A stretch of 64,000 nucleotides of DNA, from IMG/VR virus record IMGVR_UViG_3300014205_000021, positions 3,207 through 67,206 of that record; one strand, given 5' to 3'. Below are positions 17,567-26,549 of the stretch, one piece after another (positions within the stretch are counted from its first letter, which is position 1; the number at the start of each line of letters is the position of its first letter). The translations under genes and the position numbers were made by a program. The notes below the pieces were generated by a model. That model did not search any database. It was given only the letters and a program-made list of their open reading frames with translations, and had not been told where the DNA came from. The stretch comes from a virus. Its lineage: Duplodnaviria > Caudoviricetes.

Positions 17567-17834
17567 AACCGAATTCCCCGACTTCCCTCCGTATTTCTAT
17601 CCGGAGCTGCCCGAGGGCTTCGAGGACTCGTCGTGGCACAACGACGAGTGTCCCTCGATGCTGAACGAAAAGATGCAGCTCTGCATCTTCATCGCCGACG
17701 AAGCCCCGCTCTACGTCGTGCGGGCGCTCGATGCCGAGGGGCAGCTTACCGACGACGAACTGCTTCAAACCGACAAGTGGGAGCAGGTGCTTGCCTTCAT
17801 CAATCAGAAACGAGGAACCGATGAAAAACTTTAA
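17556..17834 (+). CDS. Hypothetical phage protein (DSSWHNDxCPS family)
   Basis: FEDSSWHNDECPS motif; AACCG-ATG start. Confidence 0.65.
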   Translation: MTFKTEFPDFPPYFYPELPEGFEDSSWHNDECPSMLNEKMQLCIFIADEAPLYVVRALDAEGQLTDDELLQTDKWEQVLAFINQKRGTDEKL

Positions 17835-18159
17835 ACCGCTCGCGACGAAGCGCCAGCGCTATTATGCGTGGCGTCGCCAGAACCGCGTCCATCCGCTCAC
17901 CGCTCCGACGAGCTTCCCGTATCTCAAGGACGGGAAGGCCGAACTCGCGACCACGTGCCGCGACGAGGTTCGCCCGATACGCACCGGGACGTATTTCTCG
18001 GATGCGCGAGCGGGCTTCGCGCAGCTGGCGCTCGTAACCGCGCTCGTGCAGTCGCACCGGGGAGCCGGAGCGAACGAGTGGCTCCGGCATCGGGTGCGCA
18101 ATGCAATCCGGAGCGCGCTTGAACTGGTACGGAAAGCGGCTAAACCGACACTACCGTAA
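17821..18159 (+). CDS. Hypothetical protein
   Basis: GAGG RBS plus AACCG-ATG at 17821. Confidence 0.55.
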   Translation: MKNFKPLATKRQRYYAWRRQNRVHPLTAPTSFPYLKDGKAELATTCRDEVRPIRTGTYFSDARAGFAQLALVTALVQSHRGAGANEWLRHRVRNAIRSALELVRKAAKPTLP

Positions 18160-18200
18160 TCGACCGCTCTAGCGTTTGACCTCCGCGCGAGTAGTCGAGG

Positions 18201-18230
18201 AAGAGCCCGCCACAGATAGGCGGGCTCTTT
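18201..18230. terminator. Bidirectional terminator at a convergence point
   Basis: AAGAGCCCGCC/GGCGGGCTCTT 11-bp stem between the plus and minus operons. Confidence 0.75.
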
Positions 18231-18235
18231 CCGTT

Positions 18236-18718
18236 TCAGCCGACGTCGACAACCCGAATGCCGAGGAACTGCGCGAAGGCCTGCTCGCGCGAAATCACCG
18301 TCGCGGTCGTGCCTTGTCGCTCTTGCTGCGAACCGAAGGGCCGGAAGGTTCGGAATTCAATCGGTAGACCGGCGACGTCCGCGCGCTCAATCCCGAGGCA
18401 CATGCCGTCCGAGATGCCCGAGTCGACATAGCAGGCCATCAGCTCCGCGCAGCCGAGCCACGCATGCCCCGCGTTGATGCCGAGCCGTCGTTCGAGCGGC
18501 ACTTCATCGCGTAGAACCCCGTCCTGCGTGAAGAGCAGATGCGAGGCAATCGGCGCCTCGCCGCGTAAGACAGAATCGCGCACGGCCTTGCGCGCGTAGT
18601 TGATGTTTGAGCGTTGCTCCGCCGGCACTTGGCCGGCAAAACGGCTTTCGAGAATGACGCGGCGAGGCCTGATTTCTCTAACCGCGTTCGCTAGCGATTT
18701 TGGCGTAGTCTGATCCAC
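18236..18718 (-). CDS. Nucleoside deoxyribosyltransferase-like fold protein (DUF4406/DUF7768-like)
   Basis: VILESRFAG...NINYAR...RGEAPIASHLLF...GISDGM..GIERA. Confidence 0.6.
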   Translation of the reverse strand: MDQTTPKSLANAVREIRPRRVILESRFAGQVPAEQRSNINYARKAVRDSVLRGEAPIASHLLFTQDGVLRDEVPLERRLGINAGHAWLGCAELMACYVDSGISDGMCLGIERADVAGLPIEFRTFRPFGSQQERQGTTATVISREQAFAQFLGIRVVDVG

Positions 18719-19973
18719 CTTTGGCTCCCTCGAGCTTTGCTTTCCGGCCTGTAAATTTCTGCCAACGCAGAACTGCGACGTCGACATAGGCTGGATCAAG
18801 CTCGATGGCCAAGACCGATCGGTTCAGTTGTTCACCGGCAATGATCGTCGTGCCGGAGCCGCTGAACGGCTCATAGATGAAATCGCCTGGCTGCGAGTTG
18901 TTTTCAATCGGGCGCTTCATGCACTCGATCGGCTTCTGCGTCCCGTGCCCCTGCCCGTCGTCCTCGCGAGCCGGGATCGTCCAGAGCGTCGACTGCGAGC
19001 GCCCGCCGGCCCAGCGGCCGCGCGCGCCCTTACGCACCGCGTACCAGCAAGGCTCGTGCTGCCAGTGATAATCGCCGCGCGAAAGCGCGAACCGATCTTT
19101 CGCCCACATGATTTGAGATCGAACCGCGAAGTCACACGCTTCGAGCGATTGCTGTACCGTCGCGGCGAACAACCCCGCGTGCCACACATACGCGATATCG
19201 CCCGGGAAGAGCGCCCACGCTTCGCGCCAGTCCGCGCGATCGTCGTTCTGCACCTTCCCCATTTTCTTTTTGTTTTGGTTCACGCCGACAGTTGCTCGCC
19301 ACTCGGGATCGTAGTTCACGCCGTAAGGCGGATCGGTCACCATGAGCGTCGGTTTCTTTCCGGCCAGGAGCCGCGCGACTTCCTCGGCATTCGTCGCGTC
19401 CGCGCACATCAGGCGGTGGTTTCCCAGAATCCAGATATCGCCCCGGCGCGTCACCGGCTTTGCCGGCAGGGCCGGCGTCGCCTCGCCGTCGGTCTTTCCT
19501 TTCGTGCCGCCGAAGCCGAGCCCGATCAGCTCGCCGGTACTGAAACCCGTCAGCTTCAAATCGACGCCGCCCAGCTCGAGGATTCCTTTCATCTCGAGCT
19601 TGAGCATATTCCGATCCCACACGCCGAGGAGCCCGAGCTTATTATCGGCGATGCGATACGCGCGCTTTTGCGCCTCGGTGAGCCCGCGAAGAACGATGCA
19701 CGGGACGTCGAGCATGCCGTTCAGATCGGCCGCTTCGAGGCGGCCGTGGCCGGCAATGATTTCATCCTTTTCGTCGATCAGGATCGGGTTCGTGAAGCCG
19801 ACCTCCCGCATGAGCGCGGCCAGCTCCTTCACTTGAGCGGGCGGGTGCTTCTTCGCGTTCTGCTCGTATTTTTTTAAGTCGGCGACCCGGCGCCGTTCGA
19901 TCTTCTCGTGCAGCGTGACGTTAATTTTTTCCGTGATTCCTGACGCTGCTTTTTGCTTTGGGCTTTTTGCCAC
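18678..19973 (-). CDS. ParB-domain plus N6A/N4C DNA methyltransferase
   Basis: N-terminal IIAGHGRLEAA...AYRIADN; VTDPPY; HGTQKP; EPFSGSGTT; GTG 19973 with GGGAG RBS. Confidence 0.9.
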   Translation of the reverse strand: MAKSPKQKAASGITEKINVTLHEKIERRRVADLKKYEQNAKKHPPAQVKELAALMREVGFTNPILIDEKDEIIAGHGRLEAADLNGMLDVPCIVLRGLTEAQKRAYRIADNKLGLLGVWDRNMLKLEMKGILELGGVDLKLTGFSTGELIGLGFGGTKGKTDGEATPALPAKPVTRRGDIWILGNHRLMCADATNAEEVARLLAGKKPTLMVTDPPYGVNYDPEWRATVGVNQNKKKMGKVQNDDRADWREAWALFPGDIAYVWHAGLFAATVQQSLEACDFAVRSQIMWAKDRFALSRGDYHWQHEPCWYAVRKGARGRWAGGRSQSTLWTIPAREDDGQGHGTQKPIECMKRPIENNSQPGDFIYEPFSGSGTTIIAGEQLNRSVLAIELDPAYVDVAVLRWQKFTGRKAKLEGAKGGSDYAKIASERG

Positions 19974-21268
19974 GGCGCTCTCCCTCGAGTTCGGTGATGA
20001 CCGATTGCACGAGTTCAATACGCACGCCGAGCCAGCGGATGCAATTCGCCGCCATCGTATTCCCCAGCACGTTGTAACGCGGGCGCGTCCGCCGCGTGGT
20101 TCTTGTTCCGGTAAGGGACGTCCGTATAGCCGTCGGGCAAGCCCTGCAGGCGCTCGCACTCGACTGGCATGAGACGGCGCACGCCCCACGCGGCTGCGAC
20201 GCATTGCGCGGAATCGCCTTTGCCGCTCGTCCCGGCTTCGCTCGTGAGCGCGGAAGCCACACTGTCTGGCGCACCGCGGTCGTTGCGGGCAAACCGCGGC
20301 TGGAAGATCACGGGATCCTGATCGCCTTTATCGCCATCCGTTCCTAGCCGACGGCCGCCGCTGCGGCCGCCCTTGCTACCACTCGAGAGCGAAGCCGAAA
20401 CGGTCGGGATCAGATGGCCGTCTTTTGTGTTCGAGTCCGCGCCTTTCGCATCGCGCTCTTGCAGCGCCCATGCGACTCCGGGGATGAGATGGGAGTGCTG
20501 ACCGTCGCCTCCGTCCGGTTGGCCGCCGCCGCCAGCGCGCGCTGCAAGTGCATTGGCAATTCCCGTCCCCGCTTCTCGGCGCGGCGGAGAATCCCCGCGC
20601 AGGCTTTCGGGGTCAAAAAGAACCGCTGCGGCACGTCGCCAGTCTCGAGAATTTGCGACAACGAACACACGCCTTCGTCTTTGAGGAACAGCCCTTCCAA
20701 ACCCGTCCACTCGCACGAATTGAGCGTCAAGCACCCGGTAGCATCCGTGATACCCGAGTTCGGCCAGGCCCCCGAGGAACGCCGAAAAGTCTCGCCCTTC
20801 GCTCGAGGACAAAACCCCGGGGACATTTTCCCAGACCACCCACTCGGGCCGATATCGCTCAGCAATTGCAAGATAGACAAGCGCGAGGTTACCCCGTGGG
20901 TCAGCCAATCCTTTACGAAGTCCCGCGAGCGAGAATGACTGACACGGGGTTCCTCCGATGAGAACATCGAGAGCTGGGACATCAGGCCACTCCTTGAAGC
21001 GTTCGAGATCACCGAAATTCCGAAGCCCGGTTTTTTTCTCGGGCAAATACTGAACCGCCTTTATCGCGGCCGCGCGTTCGCAGCGAACCCGTGGGTCTTT
21101 TGTCCGCGCTGGGTTCGGCATGAAAAGCGGACGGCCGCAGCCGTAATGATGGTGAAGCACCGCCGAGGCGAAAGGCGCAACCTCCGCGTAGCCGGCAGCT
21201 TCCCAGCCGAGCGGCCGCCACGCGACCGTCGGCGACGAGATGCCCGAGCAGACGTCCAGATACCTCAT
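19921..21268 (-). pseudogene. C5-cytosine DNA methyltransferase with a +1 frameshift before motif X (real lesion or assembly error)
   Basis: CSGIS, GGTPCQSFS, ENVPG, PQRRRR and RRLMPVECERLQG in one frame; motif X (PRYNVLGNTMAANCIRWLG) in another frame; extra base at about 20081-20083. Confidence 0.8.
20410..20982 (-). CDS. Nested alternative-frame gene inside the C5 methyltransferase (M.EcoHK31I beta-polypeptide-like)
   Basis: Internal AAGGAG RBS 7 nt before ATG 20982; CSLSQILETGDVPQRFFLTPKACAGILRRAEKRGRELP. Confidence 0.7.
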   Translation of the reverse strand: MSQLSMFSSEEPRVSHSRSRDFVKDWLTHGVTSRLSILQLLSDIGPSGWSGKMSPGFCPRAKGETFRRSSGAWPNSGITDATGCLTLNSCEWTGLEGLFLKDEGVCSLSQILETGDVPQRFFLTPKACAGILRRAEKRGRELPMHLQRALAAAANRTEATVSTPISSPESHGRCKSAMRKARTRTQKTAI

Positions 21269-22728
21269 TCGATTTCACGAACCTCGACCCGGCGGAACAT
21301 ATCGACGATGCGCTTGTACGCAATCTCGACGTAAGCCGGCGAGAGTTCGATCAGCATCGCACGCATACCCAGCCCGTCCGCAACCATCGCGGTCGTGCCA
21401 CTCCCGCCGAACGGATCAAGCACCAGCCCGCCCGGCGGGCAACCGGCCTGCAGGCAACGTTCCACAAGTTCAGGCGGAAAGGTCGCGAAGTGCGCGTCCT
21501 TGAACGCTTCGGTCGCCATCGCCCAGACACCGAGCGGCGCTTCCTCGTAATTCCGCAAATATCGGCGGAGCGGCGTTACCGCGAGCGCGGCATTCATGCT
21601 CGAGTTGTTCTTCACCCGGCGGCCCTGCTCGTCCGCCGCCGCGGCCTTCGGCTGCGCGCGACGCACGACGGCCTTCATGTTGCCGTTCGTTTTCGCGCCC
21701 GCGTTCGCGCGCGCGCTTCCGATTTGCGCCGCGACATTCTGCGAGACCCGCGCGTGTGTGCTGTCACTAACCTCGAGCGAGACCGCCTGCGCGTCGTAAT
21801 AGTATGGCATCCGGATCCAGCGTGGGCCTTCCTTGTCCGGGCGGGTGAGGAACGGAACGCGCTCCTCGAGGTTCGGCCGCGTCGACACTTCGCCGGTATC
21901 CCGCGCGCGCCAGAGTTCGACCGAGTCGCTCTTCGCGAGCAGAAAGATTTTTTCGTGCGCGCTCGACGGCCGCGTGCTGCCGTTCGAGTCCGGCATCGGG
22001 TTTTTCTTCCCCCAGATGATCTCGCTCTTGATCCACCACCCCCACTCCTGAAGCGCAATCGCGAGCCGGTTCGCGACCATGCAGAGATCGCCTGGCTTCA
22101 GCACCCCACCCTTCTGCGCGCGGGCGCGCGTGCGATCGTGCGTATCGCGGCTCGTGCCGAAGTTCACGCCGTGCGAGGCCTTGAGCCGATCCGGGTAAAT
22201 CTCGCCGCTTGTCGCAAACGGCTTGTCGCGGAAAGTGCGGTCATCCTTGCCGCCGCGCTGCTTCGCATCCTTCACGCTCGTGCCGTTCGGCGCGGTCGCG
22301 TAGCAATCGCCATAGTTCAGCCAGACGGTGCCGCTCGGCTTCAACACGCGGTGGATTTCAGCAAAGACCGCGACCATCGCGTCTAGGTGCTCGCCGAGCG
22401 AAGGCTCAAGCCCGAGCTGCTTATCGACCCGAACGGCGCCGCACCGCGGGCACTTGGTTTTATGCGGGCGCTCGCCCGTAAACGTGCGGCTGGCTCGCGC
22501 GCCACCCTTACCTTGCCGGCCGTTGGTCGGTTTGTGCTTGCACTTCGGATCGCCGCCGATCCACTGGCCGGTGTTGTAATCCCGTAATCCCCAATACGGC
22601 GGCGAGGTCACGACGCAATCGACGCTATTCGGTTTCAGGGTGCGCAGCGCGTCGATCACGTCGCCTTGCAGGATTTCGACCACGCGGGGCTGCGAGAGAG
22701 CAGACCGTTTCTTGCCACCGCTTTTCAT
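21265..22728 (-). CDS. N4C/N6A DNA methyltransferase (beta class) with long insertions
   Basis: GDVIDAL, VVTSPPY, HEKIFLL, HFATFPPELV, DPFGGSGTT. Confidence 0.9.
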   Translation of the reverse strand: MKSGGKKRSALSQPRVVEILQGDVIDALRTLKPNSVDCVVTSPPYWGLRDYNTGQWIGGDPKCKHKPTNGRQGKGGARASRTFTGERPHKTKCPRCGAVRVDKQLGLEPSLGEHLDAMVAVFAEIHRVLKPSGTVWLNYGDCYATAPNGTSVKDAKQRGGKDDRTFRDKPFATSGEIYPDRLKASHGVNFGTSRDTHDRTRARAQKGGVLKPGDLCMVANRLAIALQEWGWWIKSEIIWGKKNPMPDSNGSTRPSSAHEKIFLLAKSDSVELWRARDTGEVSTRPNLEERVPFLTRPDKEGPRWIRMPYYYDAQAVSLEVSDSTHARVSQNVAAQIGSARANAGAKTNGNMKAVVRRAQPKAAAADEQGRRVKNNSSMNAALAVTPLRRYLRNYEEAPLGVWAMATEAFKDAHFATFPPELVERCLQAGCPPGGLVLDPFGGSGTTAMVADGLGMRAMLIELSPAYVEIAYKRIVDMFRRVEVREIE

Positions 22729-22898
22729 AGCGGGCGTCTCCATCGGTTCGGGGAGGAATGGCGGGCGGCGGACTGAGTCCCTACGGTCGTGCCGTTCCTA
22801 AAAGGTGCAGGGGGCCTCGCGAGCCGTACCTGACCGCCCTCTGGGTATTCGGTGACGCGGCAATCGGGAGCTATCCCAACCACCAATTGCCGCGCCGA

Positions 22899-23336
22899 TC
22901 AGCCAGTCGAAGCATCGCTCGCCCGAGCGGTGTCCTTCCGGCCGATTTGAATTTCTTCGCTTGTCAGATCCCGCTCGCACTCGATTTTGCGGCTCGTCAT
23001 CACGACGTCCCGGGGCTCCTCGGCTCCGGGCAGCACGAACTGACGGCAGCCTTCTTTTTCGACAACCACCGGCTCGGGCGGCCGCGAGACAATCCTGACC
23101 GTTGTTCGGCCGCCCGCACCGCCGAGCATTTCGTCCATCGCGGCCTGCGCCTGCTCGGCCCACGGGCGGAGCGCGAGCTGTTCGCAAGGCGGGAAGGATA
23201 CGGCACCGTGCCAGTCTTGCGGAATGCGCCAGACGGCACCGGTGTAGAATTTCGGTTTCATCGCCTCGCTGATGATGGCCGGCGCGACCACCGGGGCGGC
23301 CGCGAGTCCGAACAATAAACTACGACGAGAAAGCAT
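22899..23336 (-). CDS. Hypothetical protein with a twin-arginine (Tat)-like leader
   Basis: MLSRRSLLFGLAAAPVVAPA; GAGGAG RBS. Confidence 0.55.
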   Translation of the reverse strand: MLSRRSLLFGLAAAPVVAPAIISEAMKPKFYTGAVWRIPQDWHGAVSFPPCEQLALRPWAEQAQAAMDEMLGGAGGRTTVRIVSRPPEPVVVEKEGCRQFVLPGAEEPRDVVMTSRKIECERDLTSEEIQIGRKDTARASDASTG

Positions 23337-23418
23337 CGGGATAGCTCCTCTGGGTTAACCACGCGCAAGGTGGATCGACGGATGCCCGATGGTCAAGCGG
23401 ACGGATTGTGGAAAACGA

Positions 23419-26400
23419 TCAATCGTCCGGGTCGCCGGGTGATCGCACTTCCGTGACGACCCTCGCGCGCTTGATCGAAACGCTCGGCGCTTCCTCGCGA
23501 ATGACCACCCGACCGCGTAGCGCGCGCCGAACCCGCGCAGTCGCGCGGGCAATCGGGCGCTTCACGAAGATGACGAACGTCGCGGTAAAGCTGAGCGCGT
23601 AACCGCTCGAGATCACGACCACGACGGCAGAGAACGCCTTCATGGCTTTCACCGCCTGGCCGCTCTGTACGCGGATCAGCCGACTCACCGCTCGATAGAG
23701 CCGGAAAGCCGAACCGCTCGTGATCCGGATCGGCTTCGCGGCCGCGCGCAATACCCTGATGCTGCCGGGCGAAACCGTGCTGATCAGTAGCCCGAGCTTC
23801 CGCGAGTGGCCGACCACCAGCGCGTACCCGCTGCCGGCGCGCAGGAGCTTCGCGATCGCGCGGGCCACGCGAATACCGGTTCCACTCGATACCGCGAGCA
23901 GCCGCGCGCTCGAGCGGCGCAAGACCACCGAACTGGGCGTAAAAATCGACATAGGCTTCGCGAGGGCTCGACGGAGCTGCACCGCGTAAGCGGTCTGGAA
24001 AAGCACCCGAATTGCCAAATTGCGCAAAAGCGCAATCTGGCCCCCGGTTTGTGGCGAAAGCGGCTTCGCGATCGCGCGGCGGAGCCGCACAGAGGCCGGG
24101 AGGAGGACGCTGAGGGGCTTAGCGGCAGCCCGGGCTAGCGAAACTGCCCCGGGGGTCTGCAATCTCAACAGGCGTCCCCCTCCGCGAAGAAGGCGCACGC
24201 TCTGCGCGCCGACGACCCCCAGCATTTTACCCGCGCCGCGGTACGGCCGAACAGCCGAGCCGCTCGCCAACAGCAGAATCAGCGCGTCGGCCTTACGCAA
24301 TCGAATAACGGCCGGGGAGGCGACCCGCAGGATGCGTTCGCTCGACCGCGTAAGCGCGAGCGAATAGCCGGTTTGCACCGCAATGCGTACCCGGCGGGCA
24401 AACGTGAAGCTGACCGAAATCGCCGAGCCGAGCCCGAGGGTGAACGTCCGCGCGAAGCTCCGCGTGAGCGATACCGCGGCGCCGGTCACGAGCTGCAGCC
24501 CACGGGTGAGGTTCCGCCGTAGCCGGAGCTCGCTGCTGGTGCCGTAAGCAATCACGCGACCGCGCATGATCGGCAGCTTGATCAGCATCAAGGTCGTGAT
24601 GCGCAATCGTTTCTGCACCGCCCAGAAGGACGCGATCAGATGCCCACTCGCCACCCGGAGGATCGGGCCGGCGGATCGGAACATCGTCACGACGCCACCC
24701 GTCGCGAGACCAATCGAAAGCGTGACCGGCCGTGTGACAAAAACCGCGCTGCCGGTTTGCAACCTCAGTATTCGCGCGCTCGCGCGCACGACCCGGATCA
24801 GGCTTCCGGTCGTCCCGCGCAGGATCTTCTCGAGCGAACGCGCCAACACGATGCTGGCACTCGTCTGCACGGCGAAATATTTCCCGAAGCTGAAGCGCGA
24901 GAAGCTGATCGCCTGGCCGGTCGTCACGCGGAGAAACCGAGCGGAAGCCCGCACGAGCGCGAAAGCCGAGCTGCTGGCGACGCGAAGCAGCTTTCCGCTG
25001 GATCTCGTGACCGAGATCGCGGCGTCGGTCACCACGCGGGCATATTTGCCCGAGCTGCGCGTGACCGTAATCGCGCTGTCCGTCACGACCGGATAGATGC
25101 GGTTTGCCGCATGCGAGGCGAAGAAGAAAAACGACGTCCCGGTCTGCACCGGGAATGCCTTTCGCATCGCGCGCACGATCGAGATCGTATAGCCGATCGC
25201 GGGCTTGATGCTCCGCGCGATCGCTCTCACAATCTGGATCGCATTTCCGTTTTGGATCATGATGCGCTTTATCTCGATCGCGCGCCCGAGCACCACCGAG
25301 TAGCCGGTCGCGGCGAGAAAAACTTTCGGCATCGATCGCACGATCGAAATCGCGCTATCGCTCGTGAAGGAGAGCAGCTTTTGCTCCGCGCCCTCGCGCG
25401 TAACGAAAGTCGTGAATGCGATCAGATAGTCGGAGACGACCTGCACGATCTTCGGGCGGGTAAGGTACATCTTCGTCGAGATGTCATTCACAACCGTGAC
25501 GGCCTTTTGCGTCACCGGCGAGTACGTGATGACGATCAGCCCTTGCGCACCGCTGCCAGACGTTGACGCGCCGGTATTCGAACCGCTGCCACCGCCGCCA
25601 CCGCCGTAGAGGCCACCGCTACCCGCTGCGGTGCCGCTATCGAAATTGCCGCCGCCGCCGCCGCCAGCCCCGTGGGTCGCGTCAAACTCGGTGCCCGCTC
25701 CGCCGTTCGCGTTTTGGCCGCCGCCCGCTCCGCCCAGCCCGGCATCCGCGCTGCCGCCGGCAGTAAAACCGTTGTCGCCCCGATCCGTACCCTGATTGCC
25801 ATCGCCGTTCGGGCCGGCGGCACCACCACCGCCCGTGCCGGCGCGGCCCGACGTAGCGGTGTAATTCCCGCCTCGCCCGCCGGTGAATGCAGCAGCGTTC
25901 CCCTTGCCGGTGCCGCCCGCCCCGCCCGATTGTGTGATGTTCTGATAACCGAGTCCACCATTGCCGCCGAGCGCGCCCGTAACAGCTGCCGCGTAGCTGG
26001 CTGCGTTGAACCAAGTGTTGTCGCCGTTGCCGCCGTTCGCATTACCGTTACCGCTCGGCACGTTCGCATTCGCGCCGCCGAACCCGACGTTGTACGAAGC
26101 CGTGCCGCCTGGCGTAAGCACAAGCCCGGTAGATTTGCCGTACCCGCCGCCACCGCCGCCGGTACCGCCGCGATTACCCGTAGAGCGTCCTACGCCACCG
26201 CCACCGCCGCCGCCGATGCACTCGATGCTATTTGTTGCGGTGAAGTTGGCCGGGATATTCCAAGACTGGACGCTGCCAGTCGTCGTGAGGAAAGCCACCG
26301 TCGCGCATTCGATATAGCGGAACGTGCTGGACTTCTGCCCGGTGGCGATCTGCCGAAATTCAATGAATTTCTTGACCGAGACCTCGCCGGCAGTCGGGCC

Positions 26401-26529
26401 CGGGATCGCCAGCCAGACAAACGCAACACCGGCCGCGATGCCAAGACGTCGAACCCGCGTGGGGTTTCGGAGCTTCGCGAGATAGCTGATTTGCCGCGGC
26501 GTGAAGCCGCCGAACTTCTGCCCGTTCAT
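23419..26529 (-). CDS. Giant putative fibre: Gly-rich head domain plus about 35 imperfect 18-aa beta repeats
   Basis: Gly-rich block (IECIGGGGGGG...GSGAQGLIVITY), then repeats such as TDSAITVTRSSGKYARVV / TDAAISVTRSSGKLLRVA. Confidence 0.75.
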   Translation of the reverse strand: MNGQKFGGFTPRQISYLAKLRNPTRVRRLGIAAGVAFVWLAIPGPTAGEVSVKKFIEFRQIATGQKSSTFRYIECATVAFLTTTGSVQSWNIPANFTATNSIECIGGGGGGGVGRSTGNRGGTGGGGGGYGKSTGLVLTPGGTASYNVGFGGANANVPSGNGNANGGNGDNTWFNAASYAAAVTGALGGNGGLGYQNITQSGGAGGTGKGNAAAFTGGRGGNYTATSGRAGTGGGGAAGPNGDGNQGTDRGDNGFTAGGSADAGLGGAGGGQNANGGAGTEFDATHGAGGGGGGNFDSGTAAGSGGLYGGGGGGSGSNTGASTSGSGAQGLIVITYSPVTQKAVTVVNDISTKMYLTRPKIVQVVSDYLIAFTTFVTREGAEQKLLSFTSDSAISIVRSMPKVFLAATGYSVVLGRAIEIKRIMIQNGNAIQIVRAIARSIKPAIGYTISIVRAMRKAFPVQTGTSFFFFASHAANRIYPVVTDSAITVTRSSGKYARVVTDAAISVTRSSGKLLRVASSSAFALVRASARFLRVTTGQAISFSRFSFGKYFAVQTSASIVLARSLEKILRGTTGSLIRVVRASARILRLQTGSAVFVTRPVTLSIGLATGGVVTMFRSAGPILRVASGHLIASFWAVQKRLRITTLMLIKLPIMRGRVIAYGTSSELRLRRNLTRGLQLVTGAAVSLTRSFARTFTLGLGSAISVSFTFARRVRIAVQTGYSLALTRSSERILRVASPAVIRLRKADALILLLASGSAVRPYRGAGKMLGVVGAQSVRLLRGGGRLLRLQTPGAVSLARAAAKPLSVLLPASVRLRRAIAKPLSPQTGGQIALLRNLAIRVLFQTAYAVQLRRALAKPMSIFTPSSVVLRRSSARLLAVSSGTGIRVARAIAKLLRAGSGYALVVGHSRKLGLLISTVSPGSIRVLRAAAKPIRITSGSAFRLYRAVSRLIRVQSGQAVKAMKAFSAVVVVISSGYALSFTATFVIFVKRPIARATARVRRALRGRVVIREEAPSVSIKRARVVTEVRSPGDPDD

Positions 26530-26549
26530 CGCGTCCCCGCGCACGGGCG

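Noticed and set aside
22860-22880. GGGATAGCTC resembles a tRNA 5'/D-arm
   Set aside because: No cloverleaf, T-loop or acceptor stem could be built; no tRNA was found in the window.
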